A stretch of DNA of 64,000 nucleotides from Balanoglossus misakiensis (Eukaryota > Animalia > Hemichordata), in contig CM082583.2 of the NCBI GenBank assembly GCA_040954595.2, positions 1,622,925-1,686,924 on the forward strand. Direction: 5' to 3'. Numbering within the stretch: the stretch's first letter is position 1; each line of letters starts with the position of its first letter. The position numbers were made by a program, and so were the translations under genes. Positions 61,352 through 64,000 of the stretch are shown one piece after another. A model generated the notes under the pieces. That model was not told the origin of the DNA and made no database searches. It worked only from the letters and a program-made list of their open reading frames with translations.

Positions 61352-62990
61352 TGTGCCATCTCTGTGTGTACATGTATGGTATAATTCAAATGATAACTAG
61401 AATGGTTTTCATTTTGTGAGTTGACACAGTACTGTGATAAGCTTGGTATAATCCCATAAATGATAACAATAATAGTTATGCTTTGTCAGACGACAGTACT
61501 GTGATAAGCGCACATTAAATTGGTTGGAGTGAAACAGATCTTTATTATTACACTCTTAGCAACATCTGAATGAAATGATCATAAATAATCATCTTTAAAG
61601 TATGTTGGTTATAAGGCTATATATTTTACATATTTTAAAGAATTTTCCTTAAAAATTTGTTATGACTTATTATAAGGTATTGTGTAATGAAAAAGATATG
61701 ATAATACGAGAATTCCTAAACAACAACATATTTTTGTTGAATTTGGAGGACAAATTTAACAGTGTACCAATTCAGCTCTCCCTTTGCATGCTGACTTGCT
61801 TCTGTATTCATACAAGGCAGCATTTATCCTTAACTTGATCAGATAGAAGGTCTTTTCATCCAAATGCATAGATTATGAATTATTTCTCTCAATATATTCA
61901 GTGACTACCTCCCGATGATATATATCCTCCTGAATTAGTGCTTCAAATTTTGATATTTTTCTTGATATTTTTCTTTAATTTGACTTCAACCGTCAACATT
62001 CACCAAGACTGTAAAAGAAGGGAGATGATGATGAACTACTATTAATTTTTTTGCCCCTTGTACTGTCTTTACAACTGGCCGTATAAATCTGATATTTGTT
62101 TGGCATGCGAATTTTGGAATATGGATGTGTATGATCACAATTATAAGATCCTCAAAATAAAAGATCCTATCATTTCATTTGGTTAATAACCAGTTCATAG
62201 GTGAATGGAAATATAGTTACTCACTTTGAGACCTGACATGTATATATAATAATTCAAAGTATTTATTCGCATATTTTTATATTATTCATGGTGTTATAGA
62301 TCAATGGAAATTTTTCAAATTAAATTCATGTATATAAAATGTAGCAATGTAATGTCATATGTGAAACCCTTAATCTTGATATTGTAATTCATTGTAGAAT
62401 ATGATTATATTGTGTTATTCACTCAACTTGTGCATGTATGTTTAAGATTCATGCAAAATTACTTTTTTATACAAACTGTTCCTTTTTGTGTTGTTCGGAG
62501 GTGACAACTCATCAACAATGAAATAAGTTTGGGAAATTTTTGAACAAAGTCATGAAGTGGAAGTACTATAAATAAGTTTAATATCTGTTTGAGTTGTCCT
62601 GCCAGAAGTCAACATTTTTAGCTTATACAAATACTGGTGCAACTACAGAACAGTTGAAGAATTTCGTCATTATATTTATGTTTTAATTACAAGTATATCA
62701 ATTGTACCTTTTCCTTATATTAAAAGCATATTTTTATTATAATATTTAACTGAGTTCTTTGTCTACTTTTTTAAACTGACAATTTGTCAGTCATTACCAT
62801 AACCCTGAAGTGTATTTCACTGTGTCCAGAGATTCTTCTGTAGTTGTTATAATAAGACATCAAACCAGGTCCAATAATCAATATTACTCAAGCTAAGCTA
62901 ATTACCAGGTCCAGGTTCAAAAAAGAAATAAGAGAAAAACTTACAATTTCAACAGGATCATCTTGAACCACTGCTAAGTGGTAGTACTCG

Positions 62991-63440
62991 CACAGGGGGG
63001 CTGCAAACATGAAAGTTATAAATGGCGGAGTTCCTGCATTTTCCCCCAATAAACATTAATTGATGAACAGTCTTTGTGCTTGTTTATTTTTCTGTGTTAC
63101 CTCCACCTGTCTTAGCAGTTGCTAATCCAGAATACAAACTATTGCATTTCCCATTAAGCACCTGCTAACGACTTAATCTGTGTGCCCCATCCACGGATTT
63201 AGTGGATTAAGTAAACATCGGTCAGTTCTCACTTGGTAAGAGAATACCCAGTACTCGCTGACCGATGTTTACTTTATTAACTTAATCCGTGGATGGGGCA
63301 CACAGATTAAGTCGTTAGCAGGTGATTAATGGGAAATGGATAGCTTTTATTCTGGATTAGCAAATGATAAGACAGGTTGGGAAAACGCAGAATGGAACGT
63401 ACTTCGCCATTTATAACTTTCATGTTTGCAGCCCCCTGTG
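62991..63440. mobile_element. Fold-back (long-TIR) MITE
   Basis: CACAGGGGG(G)CTGCAAACATGAAAGTTATAAATGGCG termini, with an internal palindrome 63106-63378. Flanks GTACTCG/GTACTAG may be an imperfect 7-bp TSD. Confidence 0.8.
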
Positions 63441-64000
63441 GTACTAGGTGTCGGAAATGGGTAAGCACACCCTTCCAGCATGCTACACCCGTTAAGACTG
63501 ACCCAAAGAGACAGATTTAAGTTGAATTTGACTTAACTAACAAATTACTGTTGCAAGTCAAATCCATATTTTGACTTTATCTCTGACTGAGCGCAGCGTT
63601 GTCTGAGAGACACTCCACGTCTTCCTCTTCCCAAGCAGCCCACTTCAAGTTTCAGCAACATCCATAATAGTCCTAAAGTTGAGGTGCCAGTTAAAATTAG
63701 GTTTTTGGACCAAACTGGAATAGCTGCCGAAGTTTGGTATTTCAAATGATTGTCAGGTCACCTGTTTATTATATGACTGTGAGGTTTCTAACAAAAGGGA
63801 GATGACATACAATCACAAGTGTAAATCCAATATTGAACATTACTTAAAGGGACAAATTGTTCAAATCCTCTTTTGAGCTTATTTGGTCAATTTTGTTTGA
63901 TATGAAATGTGCCTATTATGCTGTTTGACTTCTTTAAACATGCTTAAATACTGGCCAATAAATAACTCCACTATGTTTGAAATTAAACCAGATAGTACAA

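Overview
AT-rich, intron-containing animal DNA, inferred from its repeat families to be a marine invertebrate such as a hemichordate or echinoderm. The first ~52 kb is almost entirely transposon-derived. It holds an LTR end, several MITEs with clear TIRs and TSDs, Helentron-type (HINE-like) elements, a young 5'-truncated EN-RT LINE with an 11-bp TSD, and a complete Mag-like Ty3/Gypsy element with identical 204-bp LTRs but one nonsense codon. It also holds a 4-bp-TSD TIR element and an L2 fragment inserted into a 309-bp tandem repeat. The most unusual part is ~29.3-50.1 kb, a scrambled, nested inverted duplication. It carries spliced exons of an RPA/SSB-like tandem OB-fold gene that can only be rebuilt by combining different copies, two inverted tRNA-like cloverleafs with an expanded anticodon arm, a tandem array with CTCF-like motifs and a central ~2 kb palindrome. 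From 52.2 to 61.4 kb the + strand carries 15 exons of a type I membrane protein (pentraxin/LamG, HYR, sushi, furin site, four Cys-rich GCC2/3 repeats, two EGF, TM, NPxY; SVEP1/uninflatable-like). Its 5' exons were not found and one splice acceptor is non-canonical.
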